Positions 36,281 through 45,290 of a DNA stretch of 64,000 bases are shown in pieces (the first letter of the stretch is position 1; each line of letters opens with the position of its first letter). Source of the stretch: Actinomycetota bacterium (lineage in GTDB: Bacteria > Actinomycetota > Actinomycetes > Actinomycetales > Microbacteriaceae); NCBI GenBank assembly GCA_013297625.1, contig JAAFHT010000001.1, positions 2,200 through 66,199 on the forward strand, written 5' to 3'. The translations under genes and the position numbers were made by a program. Below the pieces are notes generated by a model. The model worked only from the letters and a program-made list of their open reading frames with translations. It had not been told where the DNA came from and did not search any database.

Positions 36281-39133
36281 GTGCCACAGGGCAAGAAGCT
36301 GGTCATCGTTGAGTCGCCCGCTAAGGCGAAGACGATCGGCAAGTACCTCGGCGACGACTACGAGGTGCAGGCCTCGGTCGGTCACATTCGCGACCTCGTT
36401 GAGCCCAAGAACCTTCCGGCCGAGCTCAAGAAGGGCCCCCTGGGCAAGTTCTCGATCGACGTCGATAACGGCTTCGAGCCCTACTACGTGGTGTCTGACT
36501 CGAAGAAGAAGACGGTCGCCGACCTCAAGCGCGCGCTGAAAGACGCCGACGAACTCTGGCTCGCGACTGATGAAGACCGCGAGGGCGAAGCCATCGCGTG
36601 GCACTTGCTCGAGGTGCTCAAGCCCAAGGTTCCCGTCAAGCGCATGGTCTTTCACGAGATCACGGCCGAAGCGATTCAGCGCGCCGTTGACAACACGCGC
36701 GAGCTCGACACGGCTCTCGTCGACGCACAAGAAACCCGCCGCATTCTCGACCGCCTATATGGCTACGAGGTCAGCCCCGTGCTGTGGCGCAAGGTGGGCC
36801 CCGGGCTCAGCGCCGGTCGCGTGCAGTCGGCGGCGACGCGACTTGTCGTCGACCGCGAGCGCGAGCGGCTGGCCTTCATCAGCGCGGGCTACTGGGATCT
36901 CGACACCACGCTCACCCCCGCGGGGGCCAGCACCCCGTTCACCGCCCGCCTTGCCCGTCTTGACGGCAAGAAGGTCGCGACCGGTCGTGACTTCACCGAT
37001 CGCGGCGAGCTCAAGGGCGCCGACACGGTCGCCCTTGACCAGGCCCTGACGACGTCGCTCGCCGAAGCATTGCGTGACCCGGCCATCGCCGTCACCGTCA
37101 CGGGTGTCGAGTCGAAGCCTTACACGCGCCGCCCCGCGGCGCCGTTCACGACGTCGACTCTGCAGCAAGAAGCCGGCCGCAAGCTGCGGTTCACCGCTCG
37201 CCAAACCATGTCGGTGGCGCAGTCGCTCTACGAAAACGGCTACATAACCTATATGCGTACCGATTCGACGACGCTCTCGCAGCAGGCAGTTGACGCCGCA
37301 CGCTCGCAAGCCGTCACCCTCTACGGTGCCGACAGCATTCCCGAGCAGCCGCGCGTCTACGCGAGCAAGTCGAAGAACGCGCAAGAGGCACACGAGGCCG
37401 TGCGGCCCGCCGGCGACGTGTTCCGCACCCCCACCGAACTCGAAGGCGTGCTGCGCGGCAACGACTGGAAGCTCTACGACCTCATTTGGAAGCGCACCGT
37501 TGCGAGCCAGATGGCGGATGCGCGGGGGCAGACCGCCTCGGTGAGCATTCAGGCGGGGCCGACCCCAGCATCCGCCACTCCCGCCGGCGTCATCGCCGAG
37601 TTTGCGGCGAGCGGCACCGTCATCACCTTCCGCGGGTTTCTCGCGGCCTATGAAGAAGGCAACGACGAGTCGACCGAGGCCGACGAGAAGACCGAGCCGG
37701 CCGAGGCCAAGCTTCCGCCGCTCACGGCGGGGCAGGCGCTGAGCGTCGTCGACGTCGAGGCCAAGGGTCACGAGACGAGCCCGCCCGCACGCTACACCGA
37801 AGCAAGCCTCGTCAAGGCGCTCGAAGAGCGCGGCATTGGCCGCCCGAGCACGTACGCCGCCATCATCTCGACGATCGTTGATCGCGGCTACGTCACGCCC
37901 CGCGGCTCGGCTCTCGTGCCCAACTGGATCGCCTTCTCGGTCGTGCGCTTGCTCGAAGAGAACTTCAGCGACCTCGTCGAATACGACTTCACGGCCGAGA
38001 TGGAAGCCGACCTCGACCGCATCGCCAACGGCGAGGCCGACCGCACCGAGTGGCTCACGGGCTTCTACTTCGGCGACGATCACCAACCCGGCTTGCGCCC
38101 CGTCATCGACAACCTCGGTGACATTGACGCCAAGACGCTCAACTCGATGCCGCTGACCGACACGATCACGCTGCGCATCGGCAAGTACGGCCCTTATCTC
38201 GAGGTCACCGATCCCTTGGCTGAGGCGGGCGCCGACGGTGTAGCGGCCACGCCGCGCCGCGTGAACCTGCCGCAAGAACTCGCTCCCGACGAGCTCACGG
38301 CGACCAAGGCGCAAGAGCTTGTCGATGCTCCTGTCGTGGGCGACCGCGTGCTCGGCATCAACCCGGAAAACGGCAAACAGGTCGTCGCGAAAGACGGTCG
38401 ATTCGGCCCGTACGTGACCGAGCTCGACCCCGAACCCGAGGTGACTCCCGAGGAGGCTGCCGCGCTTGCCGCGGCTGAAGCCCCGCTCGTTGACCCCGCC
38501 ACGGGTGAAGTCATCGAGGCGCCGAAGAAGCGCGCGCCCGCGAAGAAGAAGGCTCCTGTCGAGAAGCCGCGCACGGCATCCCTCTTCAAAGATATGGACC
38601 CGAACACGGTCGACTTCGAGACGGCGCTCGCGCTGCTCAATCTGCCGCGTGTGGTCGGAAACGACCCCGAAAGCGGCGACCCCATCACAGCCCAGAACGG
38701 TCGCTATGGCCCGTATCTGAAGAAGGGCACCGACACGCGTTCGCTCGACGCCGAAGCGCAGATCTTCGAGATCGACCTTGATGGTGCGCTCGCGAAGTTC
38801 GCCGAGCCCAAGTACGGCGCACGCAAGGCCTCGAGTGCGCTCAAGGAGTTCGATGCTGACCCCGTGAGCGGCAAGCCCATCAAGCTCAAAGACGGCCGTT
38901 TCGGGCCCTATGTGACCGATGGCGAGACGAACGCGACGGTTCCGCGCGGTGAAGACCCCATGGAGATCGACTTCGATCGCGCCGTGCAGCTGATCGCCGA
39001 TAAGCGCGCGAAGGGCCCCGCGAAGAAGCCCGTCAAGCGTGCGGCCGGGGCCGGCGCGAAGACGGCCGCCAAGAAGGCGCCCGCGAAGAAGGCAGCGGCA
39101 CCGAAAGCCACGGCACCCAAGAAGGCGCCATGA
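36281..39133 (+). CDS. topA: DNA topoisomerase I
   Basis: Toprim LVIVESPAKAKTIGKYLG, active-site YITYMRTDS, and the actinobacterial Lys/Ala-rich C-terminal tail. AGGAG RBS before the GTG start. Confidence 0.97.
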   Translation: MPQGKKLVIVESPAKAKTIGKYLGDDYEVQASVGHIRDLVEPKNLPAELKKGPLGKFSIDVDNGFEPYYVVSDSKKKTVADLKRALKDADELWLATDEDREGEAIAWHLLEVLKPKVPVKRMVFHEITAEAIQRAVDNTRELDTALVDAQETRRILDRLYGYEVSPVLWRKVGPGLSAGRVQSAATRLVVDRERERLAFISAGYWDLDTTLTPAGASTPFTARLARLDGKKVATGRDFTDRGELKGADTVALDQALTTSLAEALRDPAIAVTVTGVESKPYTRRPAAPFTTSTLQQEAGRKLRFTARQTMSVAQSLYENGYITYMRTDSTTLSQQAVDAARSQAVTLYGADSIPEQPRVYASKSKNAQEAHEAVRPAGDVFRTPTELEGVLRGNDWKLYDLIWKRTVASQMADARGQTASVSIQAGPTPASATPAGVIAEFAASGTVITFRGFLAAYEEGNDESTEADEKTEPAEAKLPPLTAGQALSVVDVEAKGHETSPPARYTEASLVKALEERGIGRPSTYAAIISTIVDRGYVTPRGSALVPNWIAFSVVRLLEENFSDLVEYDFTAEMEADLDRIANGEADRTEWLTGFYFGDDHQPGLRPVIDNLGDIDAKTLNSMPLTDTITLRIGKYGPYLEVTDPLAEAGADGVAATPRRVNLPQELAPDELTATKAQELVDAPVVGDRVLGINPENGKQVVAKDGRFGPYVTELDPEPEVTPEEAAALAAAEAPLVDPATGEVIEAPKKRAPAKKKAPVEKPRTASLFKDMDPNTVDFETALALLNLPRVVGNDPESGDPITAQNGRYGPYLKKGTDTRSLDAEAQIFEIDLDGALAKFAEPKYGARKASSALKEFDADPVSGKPIKLKDGRFGPYVTDGETNATVPRGEDPMEIDFDRAVQLIADKRAKGPAKKPVKRAAGAGAKTAAKKAPAKKAAAPKATAPKKAP

Positions 39134-39750
39134 CCGGATTGTTCATCACCCTCGAGGGTGGTGATGGCTCGGGCAAGAGCACCCAGATGGGTGCTCTGAC
39201 CGAGTGGCTTGAGGCGCGCGGGCACGCGGTCGTGCAAGCCCGCGAGCCCGGCGGTACCGAGCTCGGGCTCGAGCTGCGCGAAATCATCTTGCATCGGCGC
39301 GGCTACATCGCGCCGCGGTCTGAGGCGCTTCTCTATGCGGCCGATCGCGCCCACAACATCGCCACGGTCGTGCGGCCCGCGCTCGAGCGCGGCGACGTCG
39401 TGATTCAAGACCGGTACCTCGACTCATCGGTCGCCTATCAGGGCGCAGGACGCGTGCTCGACCCCACCGAAGTGCGCGAGGTGTCGCTGTGGGCAACCGA
39501 AGGGCTGCTGCCGCACCTGACGGTGCTGCTCGATCTCGACCCCGCCGTTGGGCGTGAGCGGCTCGACGCCAGCCGTACGCGCTACGACCGACTCGAGGCC
39601 GAAGAGTCCGCCTTTCATGAGCGCGTGCGAGCCGCCTATCTCGCGCTCGCTGCGGCAGAGCCCGCGCGGTTTCTCGTGCTCGACGCAACGTTGCCGGTTG
39701 ATGAGCTGCAGGCGAGCATCCGCGACCGCGTGTCAGCCCTGCTCGGCTAG
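39130..39750 (+). CDS. tmk: dTMP kinase
   Basis: ITLEGGDGSGKST P-loop and DRYLDSSVAYQG. ATGA overlap with topA. Confidence 0.92.
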   Translation: MTGLFITLEGGDGSGKSTQMGALTEWLEARGHAVVQAREPGGTELGLELREIILHRRGYIAPRSEALLYAADRAHNIATVVRPALERGDVVIQDRYLDSSVAYQGAGRVLDPTEVREVSLWATEGLLPHLTVLLDLDPAVGRERLDASRTRYDRLEAEESAFHERVRAAYLALAAAEPARFLVLDATLPVDELQASIRDRVSALLG

Positions 39751-39759
39751 GGTTGCGGC

Positions 39760-40920
39760 ATGAACGCCTGGGATGAGCTCACCGGGCAAGAGGCGGCGAT
39801 CGCCACGCTTCGGGATGCCGTCGCCGACCCGAGCGCCATGACCCACTCGTGGCTCATCACGGGCCCACCCGGCTCGGGCCGCTCAAACCTCGCCTTCGCC
39901 TTCGCCACGGCGCTGTTGCAAGGATCAACCGAGGGTGCCGAAGCCCAGCGCACCGCGACGCAGGTTGCGGCCCGCACGCACCCCGACCTGGCCGTACTCG
40001 CGACCGATCGCGTCATCATCTCGATCGACGAGGTGCGCCAGCTCGTGGCGCAGAGTCAGTTCTCGCCGAGCGTTGCTCCCTACCGCGTGATCGTCATCGA
40101 AGACGCCGATCGCATGGCCGAGCGCACCTCGAACGTGCTGCTCAAGGCTCTCGAAGAGCCGCCGCCGCGCACCGTGTGGATTCTGTGTGCCCCGAGTGCA
40201 GCCGACTTGATTCCGACGATTCGGTCGCGCGTGCGCACGGTGCGCTTGCGTGTTCCGAGCGTCGCCGAGGTCGCCGAGTTGCTCGTGCGCCGCGATGGCG
40301 TTGCGCCCGAGCTTGCCGAGCGTGCGGCTCGCGAGTCGCAGAACCACATTGGAATGGCCTTGCGCCTGGCAACCGATGCCGATGCACGAGACCGTCGGTC
40401 GCGCACGCTTGACCTTGCGCTCGGAGTATCGAGCGTGAGCGGCGCGGTGCTCGCGGCCGAGCAGTTGGTCGCGATCGCAACCGATGACGCCAAAGCCTTC
40501 ACCGCCGAACGCGAAGAAGAAGAGCGCGCCGCGGCCTTGCGCTCGCTCGGCATCGAACCGGGGGCGAGCGTGCCCGTGGGGCTGCGGGCAAGCCTCAAGG
40601 CTCTCGAAGAAGATCAGAAGCGCCGCGCCACGCGCTCGGTTCGCGACGGCATCGACCGCGTGCTTGTTGATCTCTTGTCGCTGTATCGCGATCTCGCGAT
40701 GCTGCAATTGGGGGCCGGCACCGAGCTCGTCAACGAGGCGATTCGCGGTCACCTCGAGGCGGCCGCGCGCGCGGGAACCGCCGCACAGTCGCTCGCAGCG
40801 CTCGACGCCATCGCGCTGGCCCGTCGTCGCATCGACGGAAACACGCCGCCCGTGCTGGCGATCGAAGCGATGCTCATTTCAGCGAGCGGAAGGGCGCCGG
40901 CGCTAGGCTCTGCCTCGTGA
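39760..40920 (+). CDS. holB: DNA polymerase III subunit delta-prime
   Basis: HSWLITGPPGSGRS and VIVIEDADRM...NVLLKALEEPP blocks. Confidence 0.88.
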   Translation: MNAWDELTGQEAAIATLRDAVADPSAMTHSWLITGPPGSGRSNLAFAFATALLQGSTEGAEAQRTATQVAARTHPDLAVLATDRVIISIDEVRQLVAQSQFSPSVAPYRVIVIEDADRMAERTSNVLLKALEEPPPRTVWILCAPSAADLIPTIRSRVRTVRLRVPSVAEVAELLVRRDGVAPELAERAARESQNHIGMALRLATDADARDRRSRTLDLALGVSSVSGAVLAAEQLVAIATDDAKAFTAEREEEERAAALRSLGIEPGASVPVGLRASLKALEEDQKRRATRSVRDGIDRVLVDLLSLYRDLAMLQLGAGTELVNEAIRGHLEAAARAGTAAQSLAALDAIALARRRIDGNTPPVLAIEAMLISASGRAPALGSAS

Positions 40921-42461
40921 CCCGACGTGCCGCTCTTGTCTCGCTGATTCTCGTTCCGACGCTGCTGCTGAGTGGCTGCGTGCCCAGCTGGCTGCAGGGC
41001 ATTGTCGGGGGCGGAACCGTCTCGACGCCCACGGGTGAAGAGGTTGCAGAAGAACTCACGCCGTACTACACGCAAGTGCTCACCTGGACGGGATGCGGCG
41101 GCGGCGCCCAGTGCGCCACCGCCATCGCTCCGCTCGATTGGGAGAACCCGGGCGAGGGCGACGACATCGAGCTCGCGCTCGTGCGTCACCCGGCGACGAG
41201 TGGCGAGCCGCAGGGGTCGCTCTTCATCAACCCCGGTGGCCCCGGCGCCTCGGGCTTCGACTTCGTGCGTGACAGCGTCGACTTCGCCGTGAGCGCCGAC
41301 CTGCAGCGCGAGTTCGACATTGTCGGCTGGGACCCGCGCGGGGTGGGTCGCTCGAGCGCCGTCACCTGCTACACCGACCCGGCTGACCTCGACCAGTTCA
41401 TTTTTGGCATTCCCGAGGCCGAGTTCGGCACGCCCGAGTGGGAGGCCGAGATCATCCAGAGCTCGATCGACTACGCCGAAGCCTGCGCCGAGAACACGGG
41501 CCCCCTGCTGGGCTTCGTTGACACCAACAGCACCGTTCGCGATCTCGACATGATGCGAGCGATCGTGGGGGATGCCCAACTCAACTACTTCGGATACTCC
41601 TACGGCACCGACATCGGCGCCCGCTACGCCGACCAGTTCCCTGAGAAGGTCGGCCGGCTCGTGCTCGATGGCGCGACCGACCCGACCACGACGACGTTCG
41701 AGGTCGTGCTCGCCCAGTCAGAAGGATTCGAGCTGGCGCTGCGCGCCTACCTTGAGGGGTGCCCCGACTTGGGTGCCTGCCCGTTCCCTGGCTCGGTCGA
41801 CGAGAGTCTCGCGCTCATCAGTGACCTCTACGACCAACTGAACGAAAACCCCATCGAGGCTGCCGACGGTCGGTTCTTCGATGCCAACGTTCTCGACATT
41901 GCGGTTGCCACCGCTCTCTACGACGAAGAGTCGTGGTCGTTCTTGTCGCAGATGTTCACGGAGTTGCGCACGGGCGTGGTCGAAACGGGCTACCTGCTCG
42001 CCGACTTCTACTACGGGCGCGAGAACGGCGAATACATCGACAACTCGCTCGAAGCGTTCATCGCCATCAATTGCCTCGACTATCCGGTTGAAACCGACCG
42101 CGCCGTGATCGCGGAACAGAACGCCCAGATTCGCGCCGTCGCGCCGACCACCGCCGGCGAAGGCTCACCGCTCGGCGACGTACTGTGCGCCAACTGGCCG
42201 TACCAGTTCGAGGGCGAACTCGGCCCCGTGAGCGGCGCGGGCGCAGCGCCCATTCTCGTGATCGGTACGACGGGTGACCCGGCCACGCCCTATCAGTGGG
42301 CCGAGGCACTCGCCGAACAACTCGAGAGTGGCGTGCTGATCACGTGGGTGGGCGAAGGCCACATCGCCTACGACGAAGGCGACCCGTGCATCAACGATCT
42401 CGTCGACGCGTACTTCATCACCGGCGCCGTGCCGGCCGACGGGCTCGTCTGCGACAACTGA
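40917..42461 (+). CDS. secreted alpha/beta hydrolase lipoprotein (tripeptidyl-aminopeptidase-like)
   Basis: Lipobox LLSGC and nucleophile elbow GYSYGT. GTGA overlap with holB. Confidence 0.8.
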   Translation: MTRRAALVSLILVPTLLLSGCVPSWLQGIVGGGTVSTPTGEEVAEELTPYYTQVLTWTGCGGGAQCATAIAPLDWENPGEGDDIELALVRHPATSGEPQGSLFINPGGPGASGFDFVRDSVDFAVSADLQREFDIVGWDPRGVGRSSAVTCYTDPADLDQFIFGIPEAEFGTPEWEAEIIQSSIDYAEACAENTGPLLGFVDTNSTVRDLDMMRAIVGDAQLNYFGYSYGTDIGARYADQFPEKVGRLVLDGATDPTTTTFEVVLAQSEGFELALRAYLEGCPDLGACPFPGSVDESLALISDLYDQLNENPIEAADGRFFDANVLDIAVATALYDEESWSFLSQMFTELRTGVVETGYLLADFYYGRENGEYIDNSLEAFIAINCLDYPVETDRAVIAEQNAQIRAVAPTTAGEGSPLGDVLCANWPYQFEGELGPVSGAGAAPILVIGTTGDPATPYQWAEALAEQLESGVLITWVGEGHIAYDEGDPCINDLVDAYFITGAVPADGLVCDN

Positions 42462-42530
42462 TCGGGAGGTCTGCGCCGGTCATCGGAATCGGCTAAGCTT
42501 TCACCTCGTGTCACGGCCTCGGTCGTGTCC

Positions 42531-42606
42531 GCCGCCTTAGCTCAGTCGGCAGAGCGTCTCACTCGTAATGAGAAGGTCGTGGGTTCGATTCCCACAGGCG
42601 GCTCCA
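42531..42606 (+). tRNA. tRNA-Thr (anticodon CGT), CCA encoded
   Basis: Cloverleaf read by hand: acceptor GCCGCCT/AGGCGGC, anticodon loop CTCGTAA, T-loop TTCGATT. TAAGCT -10-like box upstream. Confidence 0.95.
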
Positions 42607-42662
42607 TGTTTCCAGCCTTGCCACTCGCGTTGCTGTTGGTGCGCTGACGCTGGCGCGTCACG

Positions 42663-42688
42663 GGGTTCGATTCCCACAGGCGGCTCCA
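42663..42688 (+). repeat. 26-nt exact copy of the tRNA-Thr 3' end (T-arm to CCA)
   Basis: GGGTTCGATTCCCACAGGCGGCTCCA occurs at 42581-42606 and again at 42663-42688. The upstream sequence does not complete a second tRNA. Confidence 0.8.
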
Positions 42689-42693
42689 CCGCT

Positions 42694-43929
42694 TCACTGC
42701 TGCGACGCGACCCGCATCACCGCGGGCTTGCGAAACGCGAAGCCCTCGGGTTCTGCCGCCTCCACGACGCGCAAGCGCCCCAAGCGATCCCAGAGGGCCG
42801 TGATGGCTCCGGTGGTCTGGGCCCGTGCCAAGTGCAGACCGAGGCACGCGTGCACGCCGAACGAGAACGACAGCGAGCGCGAGGCATTCGCGCGAGCGAG
42901 GTCGAAGTGCAGCGGGTCATCGAAGTGCGCGGGGTCGCGGTTCGCGGCGAGCACGCTCACGCCGACGAACTCGTGGGCCGGCACGTCGATACCCGCGATC
43001 GTGACCGGCGCGGCGGTCCAACGCTCGATGAACGAGACCGGCGGAATCAGGCGCCGTGCTTCTTCTTGGGCTCCGCCGAGCAGAGTGCGATCATCCATCG
43101 CCGCTGCCTCTTGGTCGGGATGCTGTGCCAGCAGATAGAGCGTGTTCATGACCGAGGCCTGAATGGTCTCGATGGCGCCAAACAGCACGACGCGCAGCTG
43201 CGCGGCGAGCTCGTCATCAGAGAGTCCGTGGGAGGCGTCGTTGGCGACCTGTGATGTCAGGGAGTGGCCGGGAGACCGACGGGCCGCCTCGAGCTCCTCG
43301 AGCAGGACGGCCGTGAGCTCAGCGCGCGCCACGTCGGCGCGGCGCATGGGCTCGGGGTCGCCCGTGTACTCCATGGCGCCGGCGAAGTCACTGTAGAAGT
43401 CGTCGATGCGCTCGGTGTCGGTGAGCGAGAGGCCGAGCAACTCGCCGCCCATGAGCACGGCAAAAGGCGAGGCGAAGCGAGCGCCGAGGTCGAAGGGCTC
43501 GCCAGCGTGCGCGGCGGGGCCGAGGTCGTCAATGAGGCGGTGCGCGAGCGCCGCGATGCGTTCGCCGTAGCGCAGCTCGATGTCGCGGTTGCGAAAGGGC
43601 GCTTCGAAGGGTCGCCGCTGCGTGTCATGCGACTCGCCGTCGCTCGTGAGCATCATGGGCCCGAGCGAGTTGCGCACCATGTTTTGATCGACCTCGACGG
43701 TCATGGGCGCGGTGGGGCTCAGCACCTCACGCGCGGCGTCGCGGCTCGTGACGAGCCAGCCGCCGAGTGCGGGCATCCACGTCACCGGCTCATGCTCGCG
43801 CAGGTCATCGAGCACTCCTTCGCGACCGGCGAGCGCCAGATCGTCGAGGGTCAGGGCCGCCCCGCGGGGAAACTGCTCGCGACGTGCGGCGTCGAGCTGC
43901 GCGGTCACGTCGGCCTGTGCGATCACCAT
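42694..43929 (-). CDS. cytochrome P450
   Basis: Haem-thiolate loop FSFGVHACLGLHLA and an EEARR (ExxR) block. ORF trimmed to ATG 43929 behind AAAGGAG. Confidence 0.9.
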   Translation of the reverse strand: MVIAQADVTAQLDAARREQFPRGAALTLDDLALAGREGVLDDLREHEPVTWMPALGGWLVTSRDAAREVLSPTAPMTVEVDQNMVRNSLGPMMLTSDGESHDTQRRPFEAPFRNRDIELRYGERIAALAHRLIDDLGPAAHAGEPFDLGARFASPFAVLMGGELLGLSLTDTERIDDFYSDFAGAMEYTGDPEPMRRADVARAELTAVLLEELEAARRSPGHSLTSQVANDASHGLSDDELAAQLRVVLFGAIETIQASVMNTLYLLAQHPDQEAAAMDDRTLLGGAQEEARRLIPPVSFIERWTAAPVTIAGIDVPAHEFVGVSVLAANRDPAHFDDPLHFDLARANASRSLSFSFGVHACLGLHLARAQTTGAITALWDRLGRLRVVEAAEPEGFAFRKPAVMRVASQQ

Positions 43930-44040
43930 GCGAACTCCTTTGGTCGCGAACGGTTTCAGGCTATGGGCGGGGGATGCGCGGCGCAATGACGGTGCGGCAC
44001 GCATGGCGCGGGCGCGGGGTGGCGCGGGGCCGTCGCCGCG

Positions 44041-44069
44041 TTGACCCACAACGACGGCGACCTTAAGCT
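44041..44069 (+). promoter_or_regulatory. sigma-A-like promoter (TTGACC-17 nt-TAAGCT)
   Basis: Read directly. It would start a transcript about 240 nt upstream of the SPFH start codon. Confidence 0.45.
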
Positions 44070-44314
44070 GTGACGGCTGCTCACACACCAGTCGGCTGAG
44101 GGGCTGTTGCCTTGAGGTACCGGCGAGTAGCACGTGTCTGAGGAACACTCCATTTGGCAAAGCGGTTCGAATCCGTATCGGCGTGTCCGCGCCGGCTCTC
44201 TTCGGAGAAGATTCGCGAAGGCTCTGCGGTTGCATCGTCGGCTCGCCTGCGAGAGTAGCCCCGCCATCGCGAGGACGCCGGTCGCGGGCACGTCACCGAA
44301 CGAACGAGGTCACA

Positions 44315-45019
44315 ATGTCTTTCAGCTTCATCGGTGGAGACACCGGCGTTGTCACTCATGGTCGATGGGTCGAGGTCGCTCCATGGGCGAAAGCGGTTGT
44401 GTTTCGAGACGGAGTGCATACGTCAACCGAAGGTCCGGGCCGTCATCGTCGTCGCCGTCGCTCGCGGTGGCACGTGCTCGACCTTCGGCCCCAACTTCTC
44501 ACCATGCCGGCGCAAGAAGTACTCACTGCCGACGGCGTGCAAGTTCGGCTGTCGCTCGTGGGCACCGCGCAGATCATCGACCCTGTGTCGTGGCTTTTCT
44601 CGTCTGCTGCCCCGTTCGAAGCGATCTATGCCGCGCTGCAGGTAGCTGTACGAGACCGCGTCGCCACCGTCGAGCTCGCCGCGATCGCGAGCAGTCGCAA
44701 GACCCTCCTCGAGGGTGTCGATGCTGAGCTGGAACCCACGGCCACCGCACTCGGGGCCGCGATTACGGGAGTCACGCTCAAAGACCTCACCCTGCCGGCC
44801 GAGGTGCGCGACGCAATCGCCGAAACTGCTCTAGCGCGCCAGCGCGGCATGGCAGAGCTCGAGCGCGCGCGCACGGAGGCGGCCGCCTTCCGAAGCCTGG
44901 CGAATACGGCAAAGCTTCTTGCCGACAACCCTGCGCTCATGGAACTGCGCACACTGCAGGCGGCGACCGAGGGCGCGAACATCGTGATCCACCGCGACGG
45001 AGTGGTTCGCCAAGACTAA
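44315..45019 (+). CDS. SPFH/band-7 domain protein without an N-terminal TM anchor
   Basis: QEVLTADGVQVRLSLVGTAQIIDP and ITGVTLKDLTLPAEVRDAI blocks plus a coiled-coil tail. Start at ATG 44315 (GAGG RBS). Confidence 0.8.
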   Translation: MSFSFIGGDTGVVTHGRWVEVAPWAKAVVFRDGVHTSTEGPGRHRRRRRSRWHVLDLRPQLLTMPAQEVLTADGVQVRLSLVGTAQIIDPVSWLFSSAAPFEAIYAALQVAVRDRVATVELAAIASSRKTLLEGVDAELEPTATALGAAITGVTLKDLTLPAEVRDAIAETALARQRGMAELERARTEAAAFRSLANTAKLLADNPALMELRTLQAATEGANIVIHRDGVVRQD

Positions 45020-45097
45020 GGCCGATCGGCGCCGACGCCAGCCAGGACGCCGGCTCCGACTCCGTTGCGATCGGCGCGTCGATCTCGGGGGATTCGT

Positions 45098-45140
45098 TTC
45101 TTCGAGGCGCTTCCAAAAGCGCGGAAGAACGTGTTTTTTT
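45098..45140 (+). terminator. intrinsic terminator after the SPFH gene
   Basis: TTCTTC..GCGC-loop-GCGC..GAAGAA hairpin followed by a T7 run (45134-40). This is striking in a genome of about 70% GC. Confidence 0.5.
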
Positions 45141-45290
45141 GGCGACTCTTTCCGCGTTTGTGGAAGCGGCGCTGTGGAGCAATCGTGAGCGGGCAGGCAT
45201 AGCGAACACGCGGCTACCGCGGGTGTGCACGGCGCGGAGGGGCACGGCGCTGCGGGACACGGCGCGAGCGCGCGTGGGATGCTGAAGGCG

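Noticed and set aside
42613-42688. A second complete tRNA immediately downstream of tRNA-Thr.
   Set aside because: Only the last 26 nt match. The upstream 47 nt give no acceptor 5' strand, D-arm or anticodon arm, so it is treated as a partial duplication.
44140-44205. Possible tRNA gene or pseudogene around GCGGTTCGAATCCGT.
   Set aside because: No 7-bp acceptor stem can be formed with the flanks and no proper D-arm is visible. It is kept only as a T-arm-like motif within the structured leader finding.
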